Part shown: in pieces, positions 42,249 to 58,000 of the stretch
How positions within the stretch are numbered: position 1 is the stretch's first letter
Layout of the letters: each line of letters begins with the position of its first letter
NCBI GenBank assembly: GCA_040954595.2
Contig: CM082594.2
Location: forward strand, 10,542,176-10,606,175
Reading direction: 5' to 3'
DNA from: Balanoglossus misakiensis
Taxonomy: Eukaryota > Animalia > Hemichordata
Length of the DNA: 64,000 nucleotides
The notes under the pieces: generated by a model
What the model was told of the DNA's origin: nothing
What the model saw: only the letters and a program-made list of their open reading frames with translations
Databases searched by the model: none
Program-made: the position numbers and the translations under genes

Positions 42249-42974
42249 GTAGGTGGTTTATGATAATATCTGGAAAATGATCGTACGATCGCGTGCTTTT
42301 TTTTTTTTTTACAGAAAGCCGCTTGTGCGTGTTAGAAAACGTGGTGAACACGTGCTGACGCGACGCGCGATCGACTGCATCCCTTGTTCTGAAACTATCA
42401 CCTTTTTTTCATTTCGAAAGTTTAAGTTCTAGTCTTTATTTAAGTCGTCCCGACATATATTCGTGAAGTCGATTTCCAATTCGACAAAAAGTTTAAGTTG
42501 TCGCGCGTCGTAAAATCGTCAAACATTGAACTGCTTTATAGATTGAGTGAATTTATGTAAGCGGGTGAATTGTCTAGATGGAATACGACGCGAATTGTTC
42601 TTCGTAGATGAATGAGCGATAGGTCGTTGAACTTGTAACAGAGCGCTGTACATATCGTTGCCGAAAAGCCAGTTTCAACTGTTCTGAAATCAATACCGAT
42701 GGCGTGACCATGAACGCTTACTATTTATAAGGTCTATGGAGATAATAAGGCCGATACACGTGCAGGTTTATATAATTTTAACCCTCATATTGTGCCAGAA
42801 ATTCATGATAAAAAATTTTGAAGTAATCTTTTCGTAAAACCATTCCTGTATTCCGTCTCGGCGTTAGCAATAGGACGCCTTAAATTAGTAATCTGCTCTC
42901 TGTGTGAGGCCGATAATACGAGAGAACGCTTCTCGCACAATGACCTCTGCGTTATTCAAATACATGTAACGCCA

Positions 42975-42989
42975 TTTCTAGAAATTTCT
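42975..42989. promoter_or_regulatory. Heat-shock element (TTCtaGAAatTTC)
   Basis: Perfect nTTCnnGAAnnTTCn upstream of the HSP70 ATG. Confidence 0.65.
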
Positions 42990-43186
42990 ATTTAAAAAAA
43001 GCTTCGTTCGAAAGCGAACGGGAGCCTGGGCAAGTTGTGGTTAATAACTGGCATTAATTATCGCGTATTGTCTGTCCATAATTCGGCACATTTAGGTTAG
43101 AATTTCGATCGTTCTCGCCGCTGAAATATGAGCTTTTGTAAAGCGCTCCGACAGGTTACGTAACCAGTGTCGTTTTGTTCAGGCGT

Positions 43187-43201
43187 GGAAGGTTCTGGAA
43201 A
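43187..43201. promoter_or_regulatory. Heat-shock element (GAAggTTCtgGAA)
   Basis: Perfect nGAAnnTTCnnGAAn upstream of the HSP70 ATG. Confidence 0.65.
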
Positions 43202-44106
43202 CGTCGCTTCCTTTCGTACATTCGTGATTTGCCTGACCTAGGTAACGAAATCATCCAGTCTTTGTGTAAATGGGCCAAAAGTCCATGATATTTCTCTTCG
43301 AAAACATTTTTTTTTCGTGATGAGAAACTGTCAACCTCGTGAATATAAACTAGGGCGAATAAAACAGGGCGGGTCACACATGTGCGTGCTCTGTTCCATA
43401 ATGGTTGCGTCTGTGATATCCCGGATGTTCACGTCTCTATTGCGATTGATTGACTAATTGATTGGCTTTGCGGGTTAATGCTTATCGATGAAGAGCTAAG
43501 ATGGTCCCTTGATGAGCATACAGCCATTTAGTGTGACTTTCCGACTCCTGGAAAAAATACGTTTTGAATTTGATACATTTTCACGTGTATACAGTACAGA
43601 CCATGAAGGTCGTCCGCTGGCGCTTCTACGGTATCTCAATAAAGCAGACGCGCAGTACAAAGTAGTGTTACGTAAGCGAGAACTCGTGGTCAAACGCAAA
43701 CTGTCTCGCCATGGCTTCTTTTGTTCAGAGGCTGGCTACCACTAACAAATGCATTTAAATAAAACAAAGACAGCAGATGGCGTGCTGTGAACGTGATCAA
43801 ACGGAACTAAGGCGTGATATTCAGTCGTTCTATTTATTCAATCCTGCACTGGTAGAAAATAACGAAATATGTGGAACTTTTGAAATAACACAAATCAAAC
43901 GGAAGTCTAAAATTTGTGACTAATTTTTAGCAAATTCCTGTGACAAATAGACTCCCCGTTTCTCCACACATGCTTGACAATGCACTAGCTCCGTGGTATA
44001 TCCATGGTAAGATCAGTATCTACCGTTAGTGTTTTCAGCATCGAATAATATGACGATGTTTTAAGTAGTAACGTAGATTTTCACCAATCTTTTCATTATA
44101 GAAAAA

Positions 44107-47843
<3,737 letters not shown>

Positions 47844-48279
47844 ATGTTGTCGTTCATTCGAACCCGGTCTGCTTTTCTACCCTGGATACCCTGCTCCATA
47901 AAGTACAACGCCATTGACCAACTCCAGTTGTCTTTCGAACTTCGTAAATAACATTTGTTGTCCCTAGACTTGACCAGCCGACTGCCTCTTCATTGCCTCG
48001 ACGATGAAGTGGCCAAATTTCCATCACATATCAGTACATATACTCTTCTACCGTATGTCAAGAGACGTTACTCTGCATTGGCAAGTTCTTTCTGTAACTC
48101 AATTAATGTTCTGTTGCACGCAACCAGCGCGGATTATCATGAACTTTGAAATTGTTAATCGACGTGTGCGCATGTGTGTGAATTTACTGTAACCAAGTAA
48201 TAAAATGTTACGTTTATTGTATACAATGTGTTTGGTATCTTTTGTTAAAGCTCCATTAGCTGTAACATGTGATGTTTTT

Positions 48280-48494
48280 AAAAGTCGAAAATTTGTCTCT
48301 TTGAAGATTTTCATGAGCAAGAACCCATGAAAAATGTCAAGAAACGACAAGATAACCGAAATATGTAAAGCCGGGAAACTGTCATTTGTTGATAAAATTC
48401 ATAAGCAATAACCCGTGAAAAAATGTCCAGAAACGACAAAATTCGGAAATTCGGAGAACTGTCATTTTTTTATTAAATTCATTTTCAAATTCGC
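48280..48494 (-). repeat. About two decayed satellite monomers in inverted orientation
   Basis: aaagtcgaaaatttgtc...gaagattttcatgagcaagaacccatg and aaaattcataagcaataacccgtg align to the reverse complement of the monomer (aaagtcgaaaaatcgtcg...gattttcctgagctataacccatg). Confidence 0.75.
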
Positions 48495-51400
48495 GAGTTT
48501 GCGAATTTTCAAAATTTCTTCAAATCTTGATAAAAACCATGGGTTATAGCTCAGGAAAATCTTCAAAAATCGACTATTTTTCGAGTTTGCGATTTTTCAA
48601 AATTTCTTCAAATCTTGATAAAAACCATGGGTTATAGCTCAGGAAAATCGTGAAAAATCGACGATTTTTCGAGTTTGCGAATTTTCAAAATTTCTTCAAA
48701 TCTTGATAAAAACCATGGGTTATAGCTCAGGAAAATCTTCAAAAATCGACGATTTTTCGAGTTTGCGAATTTTCAAAATTTCTTCAAATCTTGATAAAAA
48801 CCATGGGTTATAGCTCAGGAAAATCTTCAAAAATCGACTATTTTTCGAGTTTGCGAATTTTCAAAATTTCTTCAAATCTTGATAAAAACCATGGGTTACA
48901 GCTCAGGAAAACCTTCAAAAATCGACGATTTTTCGAGTTTGCGAATTTTCAAAATTTCTTCAAATCTTGATAAAAACCATGGGTTATAGCTCAGGAAAAC
49001 CTTCAAAAATCGACGATTTTTCGAGTTTGCGAATTTTCAAAATTTCTTCAAATCTTGATAAAAACCATGGGTTATAGCTCACGAAAACCTTCAAAAATCG
49101 ACGATTTTTCGAGTTTGCGAATTTTCAAAATTTCTTCAAATCTTGATAAAAACCATGGGTTATAGCTCAGGAAAACCTTCAAAAATCGACGATTTTTCGA
49201 GTTTGCGAATTTTCAAAATTTCTTCAAATCTTGATAAAAACCATGGGTTATAGCTCAGGAAAACCTTCAAAAATCGACTATTTTTCGAGTTTGCGAATTT
49301 TCAAAATTTCTTCAAATCTTGATAAAAACCATGGGTTATAGCTCAGGAAAATCTTCAAAAATCGACGATTTTTCGAGTTTGCGAATTTTCAAAATTTCTT
49401 CAAATCTTGATAAAAACCATGGGTTATAGCTCAGGAAAACCTTCAAAAATCGACGATTTTTCGAGTTTGCGAATTTTCAAAATTTCTTCAAATCTTGATA
49501 AAAACCATGGGTTATAGCTCAGGAAAACCTTCAAAAATAGACGATTTTTCGAGTTTGCGAATTTTCAAAATTTCTTCAAATCTTGATAAAAACCATGGGT
49601 TATAGCTCAGGAAAACCTTCAAAAATCGACGATTTTTCGAGTTTGCGAATTTTCAAAATTTCTTCAAATCTTGATAAAAACCATGGGTTATAGCTCAGGA
49701 AAACCTTCAAAAATCGACGATTTTTCGAGTTTGCGAATTTTCAAAATTTCTTCAAATCTTGATAAAAACCATGGGTTATAGCTCAGGAAAACCTTCAAAA
49801 ATCGACGATTTTTCGAGTTTGCGAATTTTCAAAATTTCTTCAAATCTTGATAAAAACCATGGGTTATAGCTCAGGAAAACCTTCAAAAATCGACGATTTT
49901 TCGAGTTTGCGAATTTTCAAAATTTCTTCAAATCTTGATAAAAACCATGGGTTATAGCTCAGGAAAACCTTCAAAAATCGACGATTTTTCGAGTTTGCGA
50001 ATTTTCAAAATTTCTTCAAATCTTGATAAAAACCATGGGTTATAGCTCAGGAAAACCTTCAAAAATCGACGATTTTTCGAGTTTGCGAATTTTCAAAATT
50101 TCTTCAAATCTTGATAAAAACCATGGGTTATAGCTCAGGAAAACCTTCAAAAATCGACGATTTTTCGAGTTTGCGAATTTTCAAAATTTCTTCAAATCTT
50201 GATAAAAACCATGGGTTATAGCTCAGGAAAACCTTCAAAAATCGACGATTTTTCGAGTTTGCGAATTTTCAAAATTTCTTCAAATCTTGATAAAAACCAT
50301 GGGTTATAGCTCAGGAAAACCTTCAAAAATCGACGATTTTTCGAGTTTGCGAATTTTCAAAATTTCTTCAAATCTTGATAAAAACCATGGGTTATAGCTC
50401 AGGAAAACCTTCAAAAATCGACGATTTTTCGAGTTTGCGAATTTTCAAAATTTCTTCAAATCTTGATAAAAACCATGGGTTATAGCTCAGGAAAACCTTC
50501 AAAAATCGACGATTTTTCGAGTTTGCGAATTTTCAAAATTTCTTCAAATCTTGATAAAAACCATGGGTTATAGCTCAGGAAAACCTTCAAAAATCGACGA
50601 TTTTTCGAGTTTGCGAATTTTCAAAATTTCTTCAAATCTTGATAAAAACCATGGGTTATAGCTCAGGAAAACCTTCAAAAATCGACGATTTTTCGAGTTT
50701 GCGAATTTTCAAAATTTCTTCAAATCTTGATAAAAACCATGGGTTATAGCTCAGGAAAACCTTCAAAAATCGACGATTTTTCGAGTTTGCGAATTTTCAA
50801 AATTTCTTCAAATCTTGATAAAAACCATGGGTTATAGCTCAGGAAAACCTTCAAAAATCGACGATTTTTCGAGTTTGCGAATTTTCAAAATTTCTTCAAA
50901 TCTTGATAAAAACCATGGGTTATAGCTCAGGAAAACCTTCAAAAATCGACGATTTTTCGAGTTTGCGAATTTTCAAAATTTCTTCAAATCTTGATAAAAA
51001 CCATGGGTTATAGCTCAGGAAAACCTTCAAAAATCGACGATTTTTCGAGTTTGCGAATTTTCAAAATTTCTTCAAATCTTGATAAAAACCATGGGTTATA
51101 GCTCAGGAAAACCTTCAAAAATCGACGATTTTTCGAGTTTGCGAATTTTCAAAATTTCTTCAAATCTTGATAAAAACCATGGGTTATAGCTCAGGAAAAC
51201 CTTCAAAAATCGACGATTTTTCGAGTTTGCGAATTTTCAAAATTTCTTCAAATCTTGATAAAAACCATGGGTTATAGCTCAGGAAAACCTTCAAAAATCG
51301 ACGATTTTTCGAGTTTGCGAATTTTCAAAATTTCTTCAAATCTTGATAAAAACCATGGGTTATAGCTCAGGAAAACCTTCAAAAATCGACGATTTTTCGA

Positions 51401-52030
51401 GTTTGCGAATTTTCAAAATTTCTTCAAATCTTGATAAAAACCATGGGTTATAGCTCAGGAAAACCTTCAAAAATCGACGATTTTTCGAGTTTGCGAATTT
51501 TCAAAATTTCTTCAAATCTTGATAAAAACCATGGGTTATAGCTCAGGAAAACCTTCAAAAATCGACGATTTTTCGAGTTTGCGAATTTTCAAAATTTCTT
51601 CAAATCTTGATAAAAACCATGGGTTATAGCTCAGGAAAACCTTCAAAAATCGACGATTTTTCGAGTTTGCGAATTTTCAAAATTTCTTCAAATCTTGATA
51701 AAAACCATGGGTTATAGCTCAGGAAAACCTTCAAAAATCGACGATTTTTCGAGTTTGCGAATTTTCAAAATTTGGTCATTTTTTGAAAAAACCATGGGTT
51801 ATAGCTCAGGAAAACCTTCAAAAATTGACGATTTTTCGAGTTTGCGAATTTTCAAAATTTCTTCAAATCTTGATAAAAACCATGGGTTATAGCTCAGGAA
51901 AACCTTCAAAAATCGACGATTTTTCGAGTTTGCGAATTTTCAAAATTTCTTCAAATCTTGATAAAAACCATGGGTTATAGCTCAGGAAAATCTGCAAAAA
52001 TCGACGATTTTTCGAGTTTGCGAATTTTCA
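48494..52030 (+). repeat. Satellite subtype A, 88-bp monomer, about 40 copies
   Basis: Monomer aaaatttcttcaaatcttgataaaaaccatgggttatagctcaggaaaaccttcaaaaatcgacgatttttcgagtttgcgaattttc. The same register recurs at 48901, 50221 and 51541 (1320 = 15 x 88). Confidence 0.97.
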
Positions 52031-55000
52031 AAATTTGGTCAAATTTTGAAAAAACCATGGGTTATAGCTCAGGAAAATCGTGAAAAATCGACGATTTTTC
52101 GACTTTGCGAATTTTGAAAATTTGTTCATTTTTTGAAAAAACCATGGGTTATAGCTCAGGAAAATCGTGAAAAATCGACGATTTTTCGACTTTGCGAATT
52201 TTGAAAATTTGGTCATTTTTGAAAAAACCATGGGTTATAGCTCAGGAAAATCGTGAAAAATCGACGATTTTTCGACTTTTGCGAATTTTGAAAATTTGGT
52301 CATTTTTTGAAAAAACCATGGGTTATAGCTCAGGAAAATCGTGAAAAATCGACGATTTTTCGACTTTGCGAATTTTGAAAATTTGGTCATTTTTTGAAAA
52401 AACCATGGGTTATAGCTCAGGAAAATCGTGAAAAATCGACGATTTTTCGACTTTGCGAATTTTGAAAATTTGGTCATTTTTTGAAAAAACCATGGGTTAT
52501 AGCTCAGGAAAATCGTGAAAAATCGACGATTTTTCGACTTTGCGAATTTTGAAAATTTGGTCATTTTTGAAAAAAACCATGGGTTATAGCTCAGGAAAAT
52601 CGTGAAAAATCGACGATTTTTCGACTTTGCGAATTTTGAAAATTTGGTCATTTTTGAAAAAAACCATGGGTTATAGCTCAGGAAAATCGTGAAAAATCGA
52701 CGATTTTTCGACTTTGCGAATTTTGAAAATTTGGTCATTTTTTGAAAAAACCATGGGTTATAGCTCAGGAAAATCGTGAAAAATCGACGATTTTTCGACT
52801 TTGCGAATTTTGAAAATTTGGTCATTTTTTGAAAAAAACCATGGGTTATAGCTCAGGAAATCGTGAAAAATCGACGATTTTTCGACTTTGCGAATTTTGA
52901 AAATTTGGTCATTTTTTGAAAAAACCATGGGTTATAGCTCAGGAAAATCGTGAAAAATCGACGATTTTTCGACTTTGCGAATTTTGAAAATTTGGTCATT
53001 TTTTGAAAAAAACCATGGGTTATAGCTCAGGAAAATCGTGAAAAATCGACGATTTTTCGACTTTGCGAATTTTGAAAATTTGGTCATTTTTTGAAAAAAA
53101 CCATGGGTTATAGCTCAGGAAAATCGTGAAAAATCGACGATTTTTCGACTTTGCGAATTTTGAAAATTTGGTCATTTTTTGAAAAAAACCATGGGTTATA
53201 GCTCAGGAAAATCGTGAAAAATCGACGATTTTTCGACTTTGCGAATTTTGAAAATTTGGTCATTTTTTGAAAAAACCATGGGTTATAGCTCAGGAAAATC
53301 GTGAAAAATCGACGATTTTTCGACTTTGCGAATTTTGAAAATTTGGTCATTTTTTGAAAAAACCATGGGTTATAGCTCAGGAAAATCGTGAAAAATCGAC
53401 GATTTTTCGACTTTGCGAATTTTGAAAATTTGGTCATTTTTTGAAAAAACCATGGGTTATAGCTCAGGAAAATCGTGAAAAATCGACGATTTTTCGACTT
53501 TGCGAATTTTGAAAATTTGGTCATTTTTTGAAAAAACCATGGGTTATAGCTCAGGAAAATCGTGAAAAATCGACGATTTTTCGACTTTGCGAATTTTGAA
53601 AATTTGGTCATTTTTTGAAAAAACCATGGGTTATAGCTCAGGAAAATCGTGAAAAATCGACGATTTTTCGACTTTGCGAATTTTGAAAATTTGGTCATTT
53701 TTTGAAAAAAACCATGGGTTATAGCTCAGGAAAATCGTGAAAAATCGACGATTTTTCGACTTTGCGAATTTTGAAAATTTGGTCATTTTTTGAAAAAAAC
53801 CATGGGTTATAGCTCAGGAAAATCGTGAAAAATCGACGATTTTTCGACTTTGCGAATTTTGAAAATTTGGTCATTTTTTGAAAAAAACCATGGGTTATAG
53901 CTCAGGAAAATCGTGAAAAATCGACGATTTTTCGACTTTGCGAATTTTGAAAATTTGGTCATTTTTTGAAAAAACCATGGGTTATAGCTCAGGAAAATCG
54001 TGAAAAATCGACGATTTTTCGACTTTGCGAATTTTGAAAATTTGGTCATTTTTTGAAAAAACCATGGGTTATAGCTCAGGAAAATCGTGAAAAATCGACG
54101 ATTTTTCGACTTTGCGAATTTTGAAAATTTGGTCATTTTTTGAAAAAACCATGGGTTATAGCTCAGGAAAATCGTGAAAAATCGACGATTTTTCGACTTT
54201 GCGAATTTTGAAAATTTGGTCATTTTTTGAAAAAACCATGGGTTATAGCTCAGGAAAATCGTGAAAAATCGACGATTTTTCGACTTTGCGAATTTTGAAA
54301 ATTTGGTCATTTTTTGAAAAAACCATGGGTTATAGCTCAGGAAAATCGTGAAAAATCGACGATTTTTCGACTTTGCGAATTTTGAAAATTTGGTCATTTT
54401 TTGAAAAAACCATGGGTTATAGCTCAGGAAAATCGTGAAAAATCGACGATTTTTCGACTTTGCGAATTTTGAAAATTTGGTCATTTTTTGAAAAAACCAT
54501 GGGTTATAGCTCAGGAAAATCGTGAAAAATCGACGATTTTTCGACTTTGCGAATTTTGAAAATTTGGTCATTTTTTGAAAAAACCATGGGTTATAGCTCA
54601 GGAAAATCGTGAAAAATCGACGATTTTTCGACTTTGCGAATTTTGAAAATTTGGTCATTTTTTGAAAAAAACCATGGGTTATAGCTCAGGAAAATCGTGA
54701 AAAATCGACGATTTTTCGACTTTGCGAATTTTGAAAATTTGGTCATTTTTGAAAAAACCATGGGTTATAGCTCAGGAAAATCGTGAAAAATCGACGATTT
54801 TTCGACTTTGCGAATTTTGAAAATTTGGTCATTTTTTGAAAAAACCATGGGTTATAGCTCAGGAAAATCGTGAAAAATCGACGATTTTTCGACTTTGCGA
54901 ATTTTGAAAATTTGGTCATTTTTTGAAAAAACCATGGGTTATAGCTCAGGAAAATCGTGAAAAATCGACGATTTTTCGACTTTGCGAATTTTGAAAATTT

Positions 55001-58000
55001 GGTCATTTTTTGAAAAAACCATGGGTTATAGCTCAGGAAAATCGTGAAAAATCGACGATTTTTCGACTTTGCGAATTTTGAAAATTTGGTCATTTTTTGA
55101 AAAAACCATGGGTTATAGCTCAGGAAAATCGTGAAAAATCGACGATTTTTCGACTTTGCGAATTTTGAAAATTTGGTCATTTTTTGAAAAAACCATGGGT
55201 TATAGCTCAGGAAAATCGTGAAAAATCGACGATTTTTCGACTTTGCGAATTTTGAAAATTTGGTCATTTTTTGAAAAAACCATGGGTTATAGCTCAGGAA
55301 AATCGTGAAAAATCGACGATTTTTCGACTTTGCGAATTTTGAAAATTTGGTCATTTTTTGAAAAAACCATGGGTTATAGCTCAGGAAAATCGTGAAAAAT
55401 CGACGATTTTTCGACTTTGCGAATTTTGAAAATTTGGTCATTTTTTGAAAAAACCATGGGTTATAGCTCAGGAAAATCGTGAAAAATCGACGATTTTTCG
55501 ACTTTGCGAATTTTGAAAATTTGGTCATTTTTTGAAAAAACCATGGGTTATAGCTCAGGAAAATCGTGAAAAATCGACGATTTTTCGACTTTGCGAATTT
55601 TGAAAATTTGGTCATTTTTTGAAAAAACCATGGGTTATAGCTCAGGAAAATCGTGAAAAATCGACGATTTTTCGACTTTGCGAATTTTGAAAATTTGGTC
55701 ATTTTTTGAAAAAACCATGGGTTATAGCTCAGGAAAATCGTGAAAAATCGACGATTTTTCGACTTTGCGAATTTTGAAAATTTGGTCATTTTTTGAAAAA
55801 ACCATGGGTTATAGCTCAGGAAAATCGTGAAAAATCGACGATTTTTCGACTTTGCGAATTTTGAAAATTTGGTCATTTTTTGAAAAAACCATGGGTTATA
55901 GCTCAGGAAAATCGTGAAAAATCGACGATTTTTCGACTTTGCGAATTTTGAAAATTTGGTCATTTTTTGAAAAAACCATGGGTTATAGCTCAGGAAAATC
56001 GTGAAAAATCGACGATTTTTCGACTTTGCGAATTTTGAAAATTTGGTCATTTTTTGAAAAAACCATGGGTTATAGCTCAGGAAAATCGTGAAAAATCGAC
56101 GATTTTTCGACTTTGCGAATTTTGAAAATTTGGTCATTTTTTGAAAAAACCATGGGTTATAGCTCAGGAAAATCGTGAAAAATCGACGATTTTTCGACTT
56201 TGCGAATTTTGAAAATTTGGTCATTTTTTGAAAAAACCATGGGTTATAGCTCAGGAAAATCGTGAAAAATCGACGATTTTTCGACTTTGCGAATTTTGAA
56301 AATTTGGTCATTTTTTGAAAAAACCATGGGTTATAGCTCAGGAAAATCGTGAAAAATCGACGATTTTTCGACTTTGCGAATTTTGAAAATTTGGTCATTT
56401 TTTGAAAAAACCATGGGTTATAGCTCAGGAAAATCGTGAAAAATCGACGATTTTTCGACTTTGCGAATTTTGAAAATTTGGTCATTTTTTGAAAAAACCA
56501 TGGGTTATAGCTCAGGAAAATCGTGAAAAATCGACGATTTTTCGACTTTGCGAATTTTGAAAATTTGGTCATTTTTTGAAAAAACCATGGGTTATAGCTC
56601 AGGAAAATCGTGAAAAATCGACGATTTTTCGACTTTGCGAATTTTGAAAATTTGGTCATTTTTTGAAAAAACCATGGGTTATAGCTCAGGAAAATCGTGA
56701 AAAATCGACGATTTTTCGACTTTGCGAATTTTGAAAATTTGGTCATTTTTTGAAAAAACCATGGGTTATAGCTCAGGAAAATCGTGAAAAATCGACGATT
56801 TTTCGACTTTGCGAATTTTCAAAATTTGGTCATTTTTTGAAAAAACCATGGGTTATAGCTCAGGAAAATCGTGAAAAATCGACGATTTTTCGACTTTGCG
56901 AATTTTGAAAATTTGGTCATTTTTTGAAAAAACCATGGGTTATAGCTCAGGAAAATCGTGAAAAATCGACGATTTTCGACTTTGCGAATTTTCAAAATTT
57001 GGTCATTTTTTGAAAAAACCATGGGTTATAGCTCAGGAAAATCGTGAAAAATCGACGATTTTTCGACTTTGCGAATTTTCAAAATTTGGTCATTTTTTGA
57101 AAAAACCATGGGTTATAGCTCAGGAAAATCGTGAAAAATCGACGATTTTTCGACTTTGCGAATTTTGAAAATTTTGGTCATTTTTTGAAAAAACCATGGG
57201 TTATAGCTCAGGAAAATCGTGAAAAATCGACGATATTTCGACTTTGCGAATTTTCAAAATTTGGTCATTTTTTGAAAAAACCATGGGTTATAGCTCAGGA
57301 AAATCGTGAAAAAATCGACGATTTTTCGACTTTGCGAATTTTCAAAATTTGGTCATTTTTTGAAAAAACCATGGGTTATAGCTCAGGAAAATCGTGAAAA
57401 ATCGACGATTTTTCGACTTTGCGAATTTTCAAATTTGGTCATTTTTTGAAAAAACCATGGGTTATAGCTCAGGAAAATCGTGAAAAATCGACGATTTTTC
57501 GACTTTGCGAATTTTCAAAATTTGGTCATTTTTTGAAAAAACCATGGGTTATAGCTCAGGAAAATCGTGAAAAATCGACGATTTTTCGACTTTGCGAATT
57601 TTGAAAATTTGGTCATTTTTTGAAAAAACCATGGGTTATAGCTCAGGAAAATCGTGAAAAATCGACGATTTTTCGACTTTGCGAATTTTGAAAATTTGGT
57701 CATTTTTTGAAAAAACCATGGGTTATAGCTCAGGAAAATCGTGAAAAATCGACGATTTTTCGACTTTGCGAATTTTCAAAATTTGGTCATTTTTTGAAAA
57801 AACCATGGGTTATAGCTCAGGAAAATCGTGAAAAATCGACGATTTTTCGACTTTGCGAATTTTCAAAATTTGGTCATTTTTTGAAAAAACCATGGGTTAT
57901 AGCTCAGGAAAATCGTGAAAAATCGACGATTTTTCGACTTTGCGAATTTTCAAAATTTGGTCATTTTTTGAAAAAACCATGGGTTATAGCTCAGGAAAAT

